The notes beneath the pieces were generated by a model, which worked only from the letters and a program-made list of their open reading frames with translations, did not search any database and was not told the DNA's origin. A DNA stretch of 64,000 nucleotides from Paramecium tetraurelia (taxonomy: Eukaryota): contig CT868030.1 of NCBI GenBank assembly GCA_000165425.1, forward strand, positions 558,001-622,000, given 5' to 3'. Below are positions 42,505-56,285 of this stretch, piece after piece. The position numbers were made by a program, and so were the translations under genes. Position 1 is the first letter of the stretch. Each line of letters begins with the position of its first letter.

Positions 42505-43008
42505 ATGAGTCGTTCTAATTTGAGTAGTCCTTAATAGAGAAAAGTTTAATTAAATTAAGTAGGCATTGACAGAAAATTTCGATTAAAAAGATTAACTAAT
42601 TCATTAAAAGAAAACTAGTGTACGTATCTTCTATTCGGTTTTAAAGCAGATGAAAGATAGGAAAATCTTTATATAAAGGAGTTTCAAAGATAAATATAAA
42701 ATACTCATTCATTAGGTGTTATGAATATTGCGGACTTATGGTCAAATAAATAAATTAATAGGTTCATTGAAATATAAAATTTCTCTAAAGATAAATTCTT
42801 ACTTTCTTAATTGTCAAAGTAGAGAATTAGGATTAAAATGGAAAAGCAGGAATTACCAGTTTAATTACATTATGAAAAAATCAAAGGCCAAAAATTGTCA
42901 CTTCAAGAAATTCTCGATAAAGCTAATAAGGAACACTATGAAAATAGTGATCTGAAATCTAGAATAAGAAAATTGATCACCCAAAGGGTTCATTCTGAAA
43001 ATATATGA
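42505..43008 (+). CDS. hypothetical protein
   Basis: MSRSNLSSPQQRKV...QRVHSENI* with one intron. Confidence 0.7.
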
Positions 43009-43030
43009 TAAAATAAATAAATAAAATGTT

Positions 43031-44070
43031 TCAAATCCTCGTAGTACCTCCACTTTTATTTCTTAATTTTTCAGATACGCTTGGACAAGGTCTAGCAAAT
43101 GTTCCATTTGAATTAGGCCTCCAGGGTCTTTCAAAAGTATCAGTTTTTAATAATTTTGAAAAAGTATTTTATTTTGTTTTTGGTATTGGTGCTCCTTCTT
43201 CGATATATTGAAAGACTTCAAAAGTTCCTTAAAATCCAGATTTATTTTTATTAGGTGGCCTAAATGAAACCCCTTTGTATCGTGGACGTTTAAACTTTTC
43301 TTCATTCTTGATATAATGAATCAATTTAATACATATCCTGCTCCATCTAACAATTCTCCATCAGATGTAAAAGGGCGATTTCCATGACTGGTTGAAACGA
43401 ATCTGATGGCTCCTGGTAAGAATTTGCTCTTATATTTAAGTCTCTCTGATCTATCTAATTCTTCTTATCTATCGTATGGGTCAGGGATGTATTAATAATT
43501 TCCAAACAAGGTATTTATTGTTGTTCTTCCCACTCCTTTTTTTGCTGGATTTGTTTAAAAATTTCGAGCTTAAGTGATAACTTCTCCTGATGTTTTTCTA
43601 GTATTGTACCTTTTATCTTCGTATTCTTTCAAATGCTAAAATTCGGAGTGTTTTCTAAATAAATATGATACCTATAGAGGTACATAGATTTAGATTTATC
43701 AGTGGGTTTAAAACTATGAGGATTTGTTATTGCCATTTCTCTTTCTTTTTCATAAATTTATTTAGCCTTAAATGGATCTTTGTAAGGATCACCTACTGAA
43801 ATATAACCTGGGTTCATAAATAATGAAGGTTCATGATGATTTTGTATTTTTTAATTAATTAGAACTCCCTTTTTCTTTCCCTTGCCTACTTAGTATTTTC
43901 TTAATACTTTTTTGAGAATCGTTGTATTAATCACCAACTGAAAGAGGAGGGGGCTATGAGAATAATCCATGCCGTTCTCTAAAGATAAGCAATTTGAAAT
44001 ACCTCTGGGAAAGATTCTCCAGATCGCGAATATAATGATCATTAGAGGGTATTCGATATTATGTGGACAT
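43031..44070 (-). CDS. CFAP96: CFAP96 / C4orf47 (UPF0602)-like cilia-associated protein
   Basis: ERHGLFSQPPPLSVGDQY, GYISVGDPYKDP, RNFQTNPAKKGVG, YIPDPYD resemble the conserved blocks of this family. Confidence 0.75.
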
Positions 44071-44110
44071 TAATAAATATATTTTATTGATTGTATATAT
44101 GATTTATTTC

Positions 44111-44524
44111 TCAATGCCATAATTTTAATGGATTATTCTATTCTACAGTTTTCTAAGCTATAATTTGATCTGCATTTTGATCTCGCAAATAGATTTCAGG
44201 TCTGTAGACTGATCTAACTGGGTTTTAAGCAATTCTAAACAAATTGGTGACTTAATTTGTAGTTGATAATTTAGCCCAGACTCCTTCAATCAAATTCTGT
44301 TTTTATTTTTATAATACATACATATCCAACATAAAATACTGCTATTGATGCAATGCCAACGAAAGAAAATGCATGAGCTTTTTACAATCTCAAGTGATAG
44401 GATCTTTATTTTGCATCTTAAATGCTATAAATAAATTGAAATTTTACTATGAATATTCATATAGTTTTTTCAAGGATTCCTCAGCAGTCAAATGTGAACG
44501 ATTTTGATTTACAAAGTCTGTCAT
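44111..44524 (-). CDS. small single-pass membrane protein (about 121 aa)
   Basis: Two introns; MTDFVNQNRSHLTAEE...AFSFVGIASIAVFYVGY...NNPLKLWH*. Confidence 0.75.
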
Positions 44525-44565
44525 TTATATATTTTTATAATTATTCACAAATATAATATGAGTTA

Positions 44566-45134
44566 TCAACGCTATTAGCTATCTATAATGGAAGTAGCTT
44601 TTTCTAAAGCATTAATTCCATCTAAATGATCAATCTCATGTTGATAGATACAGGCTTGCAATCCTTCTGCCTCTACAACCATCTCAATTCCCAATAAATT
44701 ATAATACTTCATAGTTATCTTATTTGATCTCATCACACAAGCTATTTACTAACAATGTAAATGTATAAATATACATTAGGTGGAATGCTGAGGCAATTTT
44801 CTTTGCTCACAATTAAATCATTGGATTTTTTAATTATCTCTGGATTCAAGTAAACATCAACTTTCTGAATATATTTTGCTTTTTTCCTCTATTACAATTC
44901 TAAGTCAGCACAAACGAAAAGTCTCTTCTCCCATCCTACTTGTGGGGCTGCCAATGCCAAAGCTTCAATAGAATGAAGTTTATTATATAATCTTAGAGTG
45001 TCAATCATTGTGCTTAGGGTATCTTCCTCTTTATTGGTGAAATTATAATGCTCAAAAATCTTCTTTCTTAAAATTTCGTGAGAGATTGGCAAGACTTTAA
45101 AAACTTCAAATCCATTTAATAAGTATTTTTACAT
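44566..45134 (-). CDS. PDF: peptide deformylase family protein with non-canonical motifs
   Basis: ALALAAPQVG, YLNPEII, ENCLSIP, QHEIDHLDG; one intron. Confidence 0.9.
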
Positions 45135-45166
45135 AAATATATTTAATTATCAATTATCTCTTTTTT

Positions 45167-48100
45167 TCAATCATCCTCAGAGCTGCTTTCCACTTTTAAC
45201 TTTCTTATCCTTCTTCCCTGAATTGATTAAGAAACCTATTTGGAATTCTCAACTTCTTATTTTGATTCCTACAGCTTTTAATTTTATTACTTAGCATTGA
45301 ACTCTACTTGTTTAGAATTCAATTAGCTTTATTTCTCATCCTATTTTTTATATTTAGATAGTATATCTTCAACTGGATCTTTACTCTTAATAGCTTTTGA
45401 CTTTTGTACTTTCTCCTCAACAATTTTTTGATCTTATTTATCATTTTTCTTTTTAGGTTTCTTCATTTATTTTCCTGGCATCTTTTCTTATTTGTTTATC
45501 AAACGCAACTCAATTTCGTTCATTTCTTCATAAGCCTCTAAAAACTTATCTAAATCTTCTCTCCACATAAGTGATATCTCTTTATTAACTAAAGCTTCTC
45601 TGCTTTAAACTCTTTGATTTAATTCTTCTTGCAATTTCTCTACTTTTTCATAAGTAAGTGAAAACAATGGCATCGATAGTAAATAATTAAATTCACTTAT
45701 ATCAATTGATGGTGTTGATTATAACTTTTTTTAAATTTATTTTTTTTATTACTTATCCTCATCCTCGGATACTTATTCATCTTCACTTTCATCGTCATCA
45801 ACATTTTTCTTTTATTTTTAAGAATCTCCAAATGCCTTTACTTTGGTAGATTTTACTTAAATCAATTATGAGAAACGAGTAAATCCATTCTTGTCTAGTT
45901 ACTTCACTAAATCAATTTTCTTAACATTTCTTATTTAAATCTCTTCACTAATGACCATCTTTATGAATTTTAGTTTATTATCTAATAACTATACTTCTCT
46001 ATCCAACTTTGATACAAGGTATTCCTTTCGTTTATGATAAAACTATAGTCTCACTTAATAGAATTCCTCCATTATGTCTGAAACACATTCATACTTTTTG
46101 ATTTTATTATTTGAATCAAATAACACCATATTACTGCAAGAGGCTGGTGTACTCAGTTTAAAGTACTCTAATGGATTTTTCAAATCCGATACAAATCCAT
46201 CCACCATCTATATTTCAAAATGAATTTTGTATTTAGTATGATATTCTCTCAAATCCACTATTTGACTTCCTTCCTCAGCCATTTCTTTATCTAACCATTC
46301 CTTGTAATTTCTTGTCCACTTTTTAATGGGCAGTTCTCTAATAGTAATAATATCTGTGGCTTCATTGCAATCAATTATGCCTTTGATGATGCCATTACCA
46401 TTAGGCAAATTTTCAATTATACCATCGAAATTTCTATAAAAAGGAGTCATTGGCTGAAATGGTTATCCATCCAATCTATTTTTAATTTAATTGACTAACT
46501 CAATCGGATTATAATTTTAGATTGATGTAGACCAACCAGTACCAATACCTTCAGCTCCATTCACTAAACTCATAGGGATGATAGGCACATAATATTCAGG
46601 TTCAACCATCTATCCATCATCTTCCTGATACTTTAATAAATGATCATCCTATTCCGGGAAGATGTACCTCGTAATCTTATTAAGAGCTGTAGAAATATAT
46701 CTCGCAGATGCATGATCTTTACCACCCATAGCTCTACTACCAAACTAACCTTTAGGTAATAATAAATTGATGTTATTCGAACCAACAAAATTTTAAGCCA
46801 TCCCTATTATTGTAGAAACCAATGATAAATCTCCATGATGATAAGCAGAATGTTCAGCTATGTAACCACCCAATTAGACCACCTTGATTTCTTATTTCAA
46901 ATTTCTCTTAAAACAGGCGAATAACACTTTTCTCTATCCTGGTTTTAAACCATCCATGAGGGAAGGTATAGATCTAATGTTATCAGCCATAGAAAAATGA
47001 ATCAACTCTTTGTGTATGAATTCTGAATAGCCTAATTCGCTTTTAGTATGATCCACATATAAATCATGATTATATTGGGCTAACCATTGTTTTCTATCAT
47101 TTGCCTTTTTCTTATTAAAACACAAATCAATTGAGCTGTCATCATCATCTCCATCATATCTAAACTATATTGTATGGGTTCTCAAATTTTTAAAATACTC
47201 TTAAGCCTCTTGATCATCAGAAGTACCTAACCCTTTGTAATATTTAATCTTCCAATTCTTAATATCCTCTTCTTGTGCGAACTTGTTAAAATCTTAAACT
47301 GTAAAGAATGGTATTGTTTAATTTCCCTTTGTTGCCTTTATTAGAGGAGTTACAAACTCTTTCAAAAACCCACTATACTTCACCAATGATGGCCAAAAAT
47401 GATGAATAAAGTTGATGATCAAACCCTTGATATGTGATCCATCAATATCCTGATCTGTCATAATCATTACCGATCCATATCTAAGTGATTTTAAATCTGT
47501 ATATTGTCTTTCCTTCTATAACCCTATTATTTTTATCAAATTCTCAATTTCTTCATTCTATAGAATTTATTTTAATGATGCCTCCCTTACATTCAAAAGT
47601 TTACCCTTTAATGGAAATACACCATATCTATCTCTTCCTACAATATCAATGCCAGCCATAGCTAATGCTTTTGCTGAATCTCCTTCTGTCAATATCAGTG
47701 TGCAAAGTTCTGAATTCTTTTTTCCTGCATCATTTGCATCATCCAATTTTTCAATTCCATGTAATCTGCCTGTCTTTGTACCTTTCAATTACTTATTCAA
47801 CTTAGCATCTGCTTTGGCTTTGGCTTACTAAAATATAGTTTCAATGATATCCGTCTTTATCAAAGCTTTTGAGAACTTCTCAGTCACTTTAAATTTCTCC
47901 TCACTCGAACCTCCAAACTCTGAGACCTTAGTTGTCATATTCTCCTTTGTTTATGAATCAAATGTTGGATTATCAATCAAACAATTGATAAATACCCATA
48001 GAGATTATTTAATTTGATATTTTTAAACTTCTATTGATTTGTACTTTTTATTATTATTCATTTCATTTTATATTTCTTGTATAATTTTATCTGTCACATA

Positions 48101-48991
48101 ATTAACATGAGTTCCTCCTTTTGCAGTATAAATAGCATTAACAAAAGAAACATGTTAAAATTATGTAGGTGAATAACTTACGACTACTTCCCACCTAGGA
48201 GTAGTCATATCTTTATCAAATATTTTAATTGCTCCTTCAGTTGGTAAATATAAATCTACATATTTTTAAAAGGAATTGATTTTAATTTTTTCATCATTCA
48301 AATACACATTAATTTTACTACCATATATTCCAGCTAAATCATAGACTCTTCTAGTTAACAAAGCTTGAGTATCTGCTTCTATCTCTTTCATCCCAAACCT
48401 CTTATAATCTGGTTTATATGAAATACTCACATAGGGATCTTTTTTTAGTTATTTAATGGTAGGAATCTGTTTGTTACTCATATTATTGTTCCAAACCAAC
48501 TTGAAGTAATTATTACCATCACACACTTCAAGAGTGAACTCTGTAGAATAAACATTTGTCAATTTTGCCCCATATCCATTCCTCCCTCCTACCACTCTTT
48601 TTTCAGAATCGTCGAAATTGCTTCCAGTCAGAAACACTCCAAAAATTAGTTCTGGAACATAGATTTGGTATTCTTTATGGATTTCAACTGGGATGGGTAA
48701 TCCATCATTTTTAATTGTAATTTCATTTCCTATGTCTACCTTGATATAGGACTATTTGTGTTAGCGAGTATCTCTTTGTAGATTATCAGCTGCGTTCACC
48801 AAAATTTCATCGAATATTTTAAAAAACCCGGGCACATATTCAATTTCTTTTTAAATCATTTTTCCATTTTGTATTATCCACATTTGTTCAGAAGTTCTTT
48901 ATATACTGCCAATATATGTATCTGGCCTCTGAAGAATGTGCTCAATATGAGTCATCTTCTTATATTATTCTTCTATAGTCTTTTGGCGCAT
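45167..48991 (-). CDS. TOP2: DNA topoisomerase II
   Basis: 3825-nt ORF, apparently intronless: EHILQRPDTYIGS, GGRNGYGAK, LTEGDSA, PLKGKLLNV, IMTDQDIDGSHIKG, YYKGLGTS, catalytic SARYI. Confidence 0.98.
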
Positions 48992-49023
48992 AATAATTGA
49001 AATTATAAACAATTTAAATTTAT

Positions 49024-49878
49024 TCAACCAGAGAATAGAGATTAACTGCGAGCCTCTTATACTTATTTTCCTTTTGATTGATGTTACATTAAAGTTTTAG
49101 TCTTTCGATGCTAAGGGACATCGTCACTTATTATACAGCTGTCTTCATTGAGACTACCTTCTTCTCCATCCAAGTGACATTACAGAGTGATATCTGAATC
49201 CCCAAACAATGAACCATTTATAGTTTCGTATTCTTTTAAGCATTAGTTGACAGGTTTCACAGAAGATTTATTAGCCATGAATGTTAAAAATGGGATTAAT
49301 CTCAGTAGACATTCGTCCTCATCTGAATCCAGAAATGAAGGAATCAACAACCCATTATCGGGTTGTAATTCAAAAGCGTTTGGATTATTCTATGAATGCT
49401 ATATAAATGATACATCTATAAAAATTAACTAATCCAATGGCCGATCTAAAATTGCAAGATCTTTCAAACAGTTCCCGTTCACAAATATACAATTTGATCT
49501 AGCAAAATAATCACTTATGTGTTTATCCACATCTATGTATTGAAGCACCTTGTCACAGTATGATTCATAGCCAGCAGTAAATATGATAATTTCGTAGTAC
49601 ACACTCATTTACTTAAGAAACTATTCCAAATGAGGTCTTCTACATAAGTAAACATTGTAGAGCATTCCTCTATGCCAAACATCCAAAATCGTTTCGTAGT
49701 TAAAATTTTGATTTTCTTTAAACTCACAATGTACTAAGGTTTCATCCAAATCAAGAACTAATATTTTCTTCTTCCTCAATTCCGATTCCTAGGTTGATAG
49801 TCTATACGATTCATCTTGCCCTTCCCTTTTCTGTCTGAGATTTTCATAGCATTTTTTTATATATTGCAAACAATTCAT
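49024..49878 (-). CDS. CTD small phosphatase-like (FCP/SCP, NIF domain) protein
   Basis: LVLDLDETLVH, RRPHLEQFL, YEIIIFTAG, KDLAILDRPL. Confidence 0.92.
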
Positions 49879-51269
49879 TTTAATTACGCACTGCTATATT
49901 GAGTGATTAATTTTATTAAAATTAGAAAATCCTCAATATGAACGCCTGTTAAGAGTTTATGATTATATTTATGTTATATTAGTCCTTGGGAATAAAAATA
50001 TATAAAGATTTAAGTTTTTATAATTATACTAAAATTATTTCATTATAAATATTTGCATGAGAATCTAATAATATTGGATAAACAAATATAAGTTATCTGT
50101 TAAAAAGAAACTTAGATAAAGGAAATATGATCCTCATATATCTTATGTAAAGTCTCATATTGTTTTGGACTATTAAAATGATTCAAAAAAGAAATTATGG
50201 TTGGAGTTAACAAGTAAATGTTTACAATTTTACTGACAATGAATAAGAACGATAAATACATCATTTTATTGATTTAAACTGCACGATTATTCATACCTTC
50301 TTTTTTCGCCATTATTCTAATTTTGAAGAAATTAAAGTGAATAGAAGCTTGTTATGTAAATAATAAAAATAAAATAGAAATGGTTCGATTTATAAAAAAG
50401 GTATTTTAATTTCAAAAGTAAAAAATTCATATAACTCATTCCAATTAATCGTGAACCTTATCTACCAGATTAATTCAAAGCTGACAAGCGATTTAAAGTT
50501 AGAAAATAAGTAAACACATTCATAAAACAGAAATCCAGTATGATATTGTATTTTTGAATTTTTATAACTGTTAATCAAGTTATTCAATATAATTGAAGTT
50601 TACTTAACCCTAATTATGATTTATTTTAATATAATTTAGCAAATAGATGAAGAATTCTTCAAGCCTCTTCCCATAACATTTGATGATTAGTATTTTTATA
50701 ACGTCAATTAAACTAGGGTTTAAAATTAATAATTTTTATTAGATTCATCATACATTGAATTACTCATTTATATGTTTAAACCATTTTAGAACAGAATCAC
50801 TAAAACCAAGCAAATTTTGAAATATATATATAATATTTAGTATTACTTATTTAATAGATTAATGTAACATAATAAAACTTTATTTATTTCTCTAGAAATT
50901 AGGAATAAATGAATAAGTATTAACGTGCGAAGTTTAAATGGATTATTTAGCTTTATAATTATGAGTATTAATTAATAAGTTTGGAAAATGCATGACCATA
51001 AACTAGTTTAACATTGATTTCATTTTTTGTCAGATAATAAAATTGACTGTAACTAAAGTTGACTCAAAATTAATAGAGTTACCTAGTGAGTGTTAAATTT
51101 AATCAATATCAAACATATTTACATTTTATTTATGTTCATCTATAACCATAATATTTTATAAGTATATTAATATTATCTAAAATAATATTATGTATGAGTT
51201 TGCAAATGAGAAAATAAGAGGATTAAATGGATCTAAAATAATTAGATAAGACAAAACAAAATATAGAGT

Positions 51270-53242
51270 ATGAATGAATTTTATGAAAAAATAGAGTCAT
51301 AACTTTTTTTCTGTGAATCCTCATGTTCGAATGTTGAGTCAATTATTCTAGAAAAGCCCATATTTAACACAGTTTAAAGAGATGCTCTTTTTAAGTCTTT
51401 AGTAGATTTACCTAAGAACTTCATTAATACTAACTGTTTTATAATGGATGCAACCGCCAATCTTTTGTAACTCATAGAAAAAGCGAGATCAATAATATTT
51501 AAAAATTATTCAATATGCTCAATAAACTAGGTAATTAGGAATAGTGCCAGAATAAATATATATAATTGAGATAGAGAGGTTTCTTAAAGTATTATAAAAT
51601 GACAACAAAGAAATTTCTTTGAAAATACTATACGAATTGTGTTCTGCCATGAATTGCATCATAAGAGGCAAATAGGAATTTGTTTTATATGACAAATTTT
51701 TTGCCTATTTATTCCACCAATTTAATTCAGGATATGATTATGTTTAGTAGTCTATTCAATAGCGAGAATATCTGAAAAAATAAAAGGAAGAGTAAAGGCT
51801 GGGTAAATTAAATTAGCATGGTTTAAGAAGAGTAGGATAAATATCAATTTTAAAGAATGAATTTTATTTAGAAGAATAGCAAAGTGATGGAATGAGTAAT
51901 ATTCAGTAATTGTTAACCGTCGATTCATAATTGAAGCTTCCAAATTCTAGATTATTCTCAGGAAAATTATCATAATAAGTCTAAAATGCTGAAGTAGCAA
52001 TTCAAGATCTATAAAAAGAAGTAAAGGATTATTACAATATGTATGCGGAGTATTTTTATGATTCTGTAAAAAACCTGATACAATTCAAAGGGGGGGATGA
52101 GTCATTAAATTATAAGTTTCTTGGATTGAAATTCAATTTGAAGGAGATGTTATCTCTAAATGCGGTCTATCAAAATGAAGAAAATGGCACCAAATTATAA
52201 TTGCGTCAATATCAATTGGTATCGGGGTTAAATGAAAAGTAGAATTCTTTAACCAAATATTTGACATATCAATCAATGTTTAATAATAAGGAGGATCAAG
52301 TTGAAAATCTATAGGAGTTCCTTAGACAAAGTCCTCCTTTATCTCCTCATTAATCAAATATACATATCAAAACTGAAACTGTGCATCAATAGACTCATAG
52401 CAATGAGGATATTAGGGTTGAGTATGAAGATGCAAACTAAAATGAATATGATAACGAATATGGTGTGCTATTAGATTTTACATAATTTGATTCTCAAACG
52501 ACTGTCTAATATCAAGTGTACTCAGTTAATAGTGAATGTATAGCAGGAATAAAAATTACATTCCCAGAAGAGTCAAGTAGTTTTCGATTGATTGAATTTC
52601 CATGCATTGAACCACAAGAAGGAGGTTATGATTGTCATACATATCAATTCAAACCTTTATCAAATATAAAAGGATGTCAAGTTGAATTGGTTTAGATGAC
52701 GCCAAGCAAGAGATTCATCAAAAATTTCATTTTATTGGTCTAAGACTCAGATAACCCTTAAGATCCAAACAAACTAAAGTTTTTTAAGTTTGACTTCTAA
52801 AAAAATTAAGAAATGGGAGATATTTAAAATTTACATGATCAGATAATGCCTTACTTTAATGATGACTGGAGAAAATCAAAATTTCCCTTATATGTTAATT
52901 TTCTCTATAGTCATCTCCCGTAGGCTTAGCAATAATTGATCGAAAAACAACTAAAAAAAATAACTTTCGCTATAAATAGTATGTTTCCATATGTTGAATA
53001 CTTAGAAAATAAAAAGAAACTAATGTAAATTTATTTGATTTATAATTAGTAATCCGAATGTGTTTGAGATGTATGTATAAGAATTAGGTAGATATAAAAA
53101 TAGGGATCAGTATTAGAGAACTGTATTTATTCAGATCGAAAATTGGCAATAAATTCAATAAGAGAGAATCATTGATAGCATACTCGATAACATCATTATT
53201 TTTATTTGGAATGGGGGATTTGAGAATAGAAAATTATAGTGA
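51270..53242 (+). CDS. hypothetical protein (about 630 aa)
   Basis: Long code-6 frame with short introns, MNEFYEKIESQLFFC...GGFENRKLQ*. Start uncertain; no recognisable domain. Confidence 0.7.
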
Positions 53243-53296
53243 TTATTTATATTATTATTGTTCTTTTTTAAAAACGGTTTATATATTATTATTTTT

Positions 53297-55800
53297 ATGA
53301 AACAAATAGTCATACTCTTTGTTTTGATTTTATTTGCAACAGCCTCCAGCGGTAACTAACCTAATATAAACAGTAGATCTGCTAAAATCAATATCTAAAT
53401 TTGCTGATGATGGAGATAATCCTTCCAAATTTGCCAAAAGTTAAGTTTCACCATTTTCAGAGGAAGAATCAGAAGATTACGATAATGATGATACTGAAAC
53501 CTCTAAGAAAGTGGCCTAACATGATGATGATGATGAAGAAGTTGATGTTATGGCTTAATTGAAAAGTTACTAATAGAAACTATCAACGGGTAAAGAAGTT
53601 AAGCCACCCTAACCCCAAAAGAAATAGGTTCAAGTAATTTCTGAATCAGAATCAGAATATGACGATGAAGATGACGGTGGTAACATGTGGAGTAGAGGAA
53701 TATCAAAAAAATTGGCTTAGACTGAATCTAAACCATTGGTTTTACCAATCTAAACAGCTAAAGAATAAATAAAGAATGATTTCAACCAATTTACAAACTT
53801 AAAAATGCCAGAAGTATAATAAAGACCTTCAGAAACTAAACAAGATGTAACCCAAAAAGTATAGGATGATTCAGGAAAAGATCACTCAGCAGATTTTGAA
53901 AAAATGAAATAAGCTTAATTAGAAAAATATAGCAAGAGATTTCATCTAGATGAACCTAAAGAATCTAAGAGCATGTATGAAGACGATAGCTTGAAAGAAT
54001 TCATGCCGAAAATCAATTTTCAACCCATCAACATTTAAGAAACTAAAACATCATAGTAAATCTAAAATAATCCAGAAAAGAAATAAGAATATAAACATGA
54101 GGAACCAGAAAGTGAGTCTGATAATGATGAGGATTTAATAATTAATAAAACAAATTAATCATCCAATAAAAACAACAATAAAGCTTTCAATGACTTATAA
54201 TCTACCTCCGAAGCATTCGATTTCTTTAACTAAAATAAATAATAATAGAAATCAAGTAAGAAAGGATAAAAAATTGAGTAATTAGAATCAGAAGATGAAG
54301 AAAGTGTAACTGATAAGGAGTAGGATAAAGATGATGATGATGATGATTATGTTTAATAAGTGAAGAAAAGCAAAAAATAAAAGGAGGATAGAGAAGAATA
54401 AAAAAGAAAATAAAAATAAATCTAATAATAATAAGAGGAGGAAGAACAATAAAGACAAATCATGTAGAAAAAACAAAATGAAAAAGAGGAACTAAGAAAA
54501 AAATAAGAAGAGGAAGAGAGACTTTAATAATAATCCAAACAATAAGTAGTGAAAAGAGATTTGGAGGATGATTAAATTCCTTAAAAGAAGAAATCAAAAA
54601 AATAAAAAAAGTAATTAAGTTTAGAAGAGTTTTAATAATCTTTGAAATTAGATGAAGAAAAATCTTCATTAACATCTTTTGCATAAAAGGAAGCTAAAGA
54701 AAAAGCAATATTGGAATAGAAAACATTTACATTGGTAAAGGAGACTCCACAATAAGTTTAAGAATAAAAAGTTTAGGAATAAAAAGTGTTTAAATTATAA
54801 GTAATTCCAAAAAAGCAGTAATAATTTATTCAAGAGGAAGAATCAGAATCAGAATCGGAAAGTGAGAATGATGAAGATGTTGATATTCCAAAATCAATAA
54901 ATTGCTTTGAAAGTAAGAACAAATTTATATAATAAATCTGCTAATTATGTTAGACTAAAGTGGCTTATTAGGTTAATTAACAGAATTGGTAGAAGATTGG
55001 AATAAATGACGGTTTCAGGTATTTATTAAAAATTGTATCATATATCTTAGGAATTTAGGCAATCCTTTGAGCCGCTGATCGAGTTCACTTTCAAAAGCAT
55101 AGGTGAAATTGGATCATATTATTTGAGTTTCAAAGACCACACAGTCTGTTTAAGTGCTGAAAATTTATCTAAGATTGTACTATATACATATTATGATATA
55201 GACCAATGTTGATAAGGTGTTAAAACACTTCACTGGAAATTAACTAGCTGATTATAATTCCCCAGTTGATATTCCAGTTAAAAGTTAACCGATCAACTTT
55301 TTATTGAGTGCAGAGTATGGTAAGAAATATCGAATAATATTAGATTCCTTATTAAATGGATTTTCATGCAGAAGATTTTAAATAGCTATAAAAACAGATC
55401 TAAAGTATAAATTGAGTAAGAAAAATGACATTAACGTTAAGTAAATAATCTTTTATAAAAACAAAGTAAAAATTAGTTAATAAATAGTTAAAATTAAAAT
55501 ATATTGGATTGATTTAAATAAATGGAGTTGTCCATTAAGCCAGTTTTGATCAAGAGGAAGGAGGAGAAGCCACAAATTTAATTGTTACTCAGTTAAATTT
55601 GCCAAAGGAATAAGGAGTCATCGTCAGCTTGGTTGATAAGTACATTGATGATAATTTCGTTGCAAACTTGCTACAAAAATCAGGTAATGTCTACATCTTA
55701 GATTTTAGAATAAATGACAGCTGATTTATAGATCTAAACACATATAAAAAATGATGATATCGGGCTTACATTTAATTTGAGAAAGAAAAAGGGAAAATGA
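53297..55800 (+). CDS. secreted acidic low-complexity protein with globular C-terminal region
   Basis: Signal peptide MKQIVILFVLILFATAS; D/E/Q/K-rich tracts with ESES/DDED blocks; ends LRKKKGK*. Splicing near 55019 is ambiguous. Confidence 0.75.
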
Positions 55801-56285
55801 TGAATTTAGATTTATATTAAATTGAAGAATATGTTAATATTGAATTTCTTCTCCAGCTAATTTCTTAAGTTTTTATGGGTCTTGATTCCTTGTTTATAGT
55901 AAGAATTATGAAATAAGACCTCTCTCAGAGGTGCTAGCAACTCTTTCATTTGAGTTATCTTAAACAGCTTCTTATTTAAGGTGTATCATGCCAGCAACCT
56001 ATTTAATTTGCAGTTTTCAATGAGATGTAATCAAAAATTTTATTCTAGAAATAGAAAAATATTTTTGATGATTCATGGCTAATATTTTACTCTCCTCTTT
56101 TTAGAATTTTGTTAGATATTCGAATGTTTATATATGAAAGAGAAATTAAAATAAATTTGCTTTTTTATTTTGTGGTTTCGACAAATTTTAATTAAATTTA
56201 GTTTTATTGAAATCTAGATCAGTTCTTCAAATTTTTCAACATATATAATTAACAATTAATTTTGTTATGAAATTTTTGATTGTTA

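Noticed and set aside
53460..54880. GATGATGAT and GAATCAGAATCA repeats as a DNA repeat array
   Set aside because: They are explained by encoded poly-Asp and Glu-Ser tracts; there is no repeat-spacer structure, so not CRISPR-like.
54913..55018. In-frame TGA as possible selenocysteine or readthrough in an alternative splice model
   Set aside because: It requires an extra 41-nt intron, has no redox-motif context, and I recognised no SECIS; a simpler model avoids the TGA.
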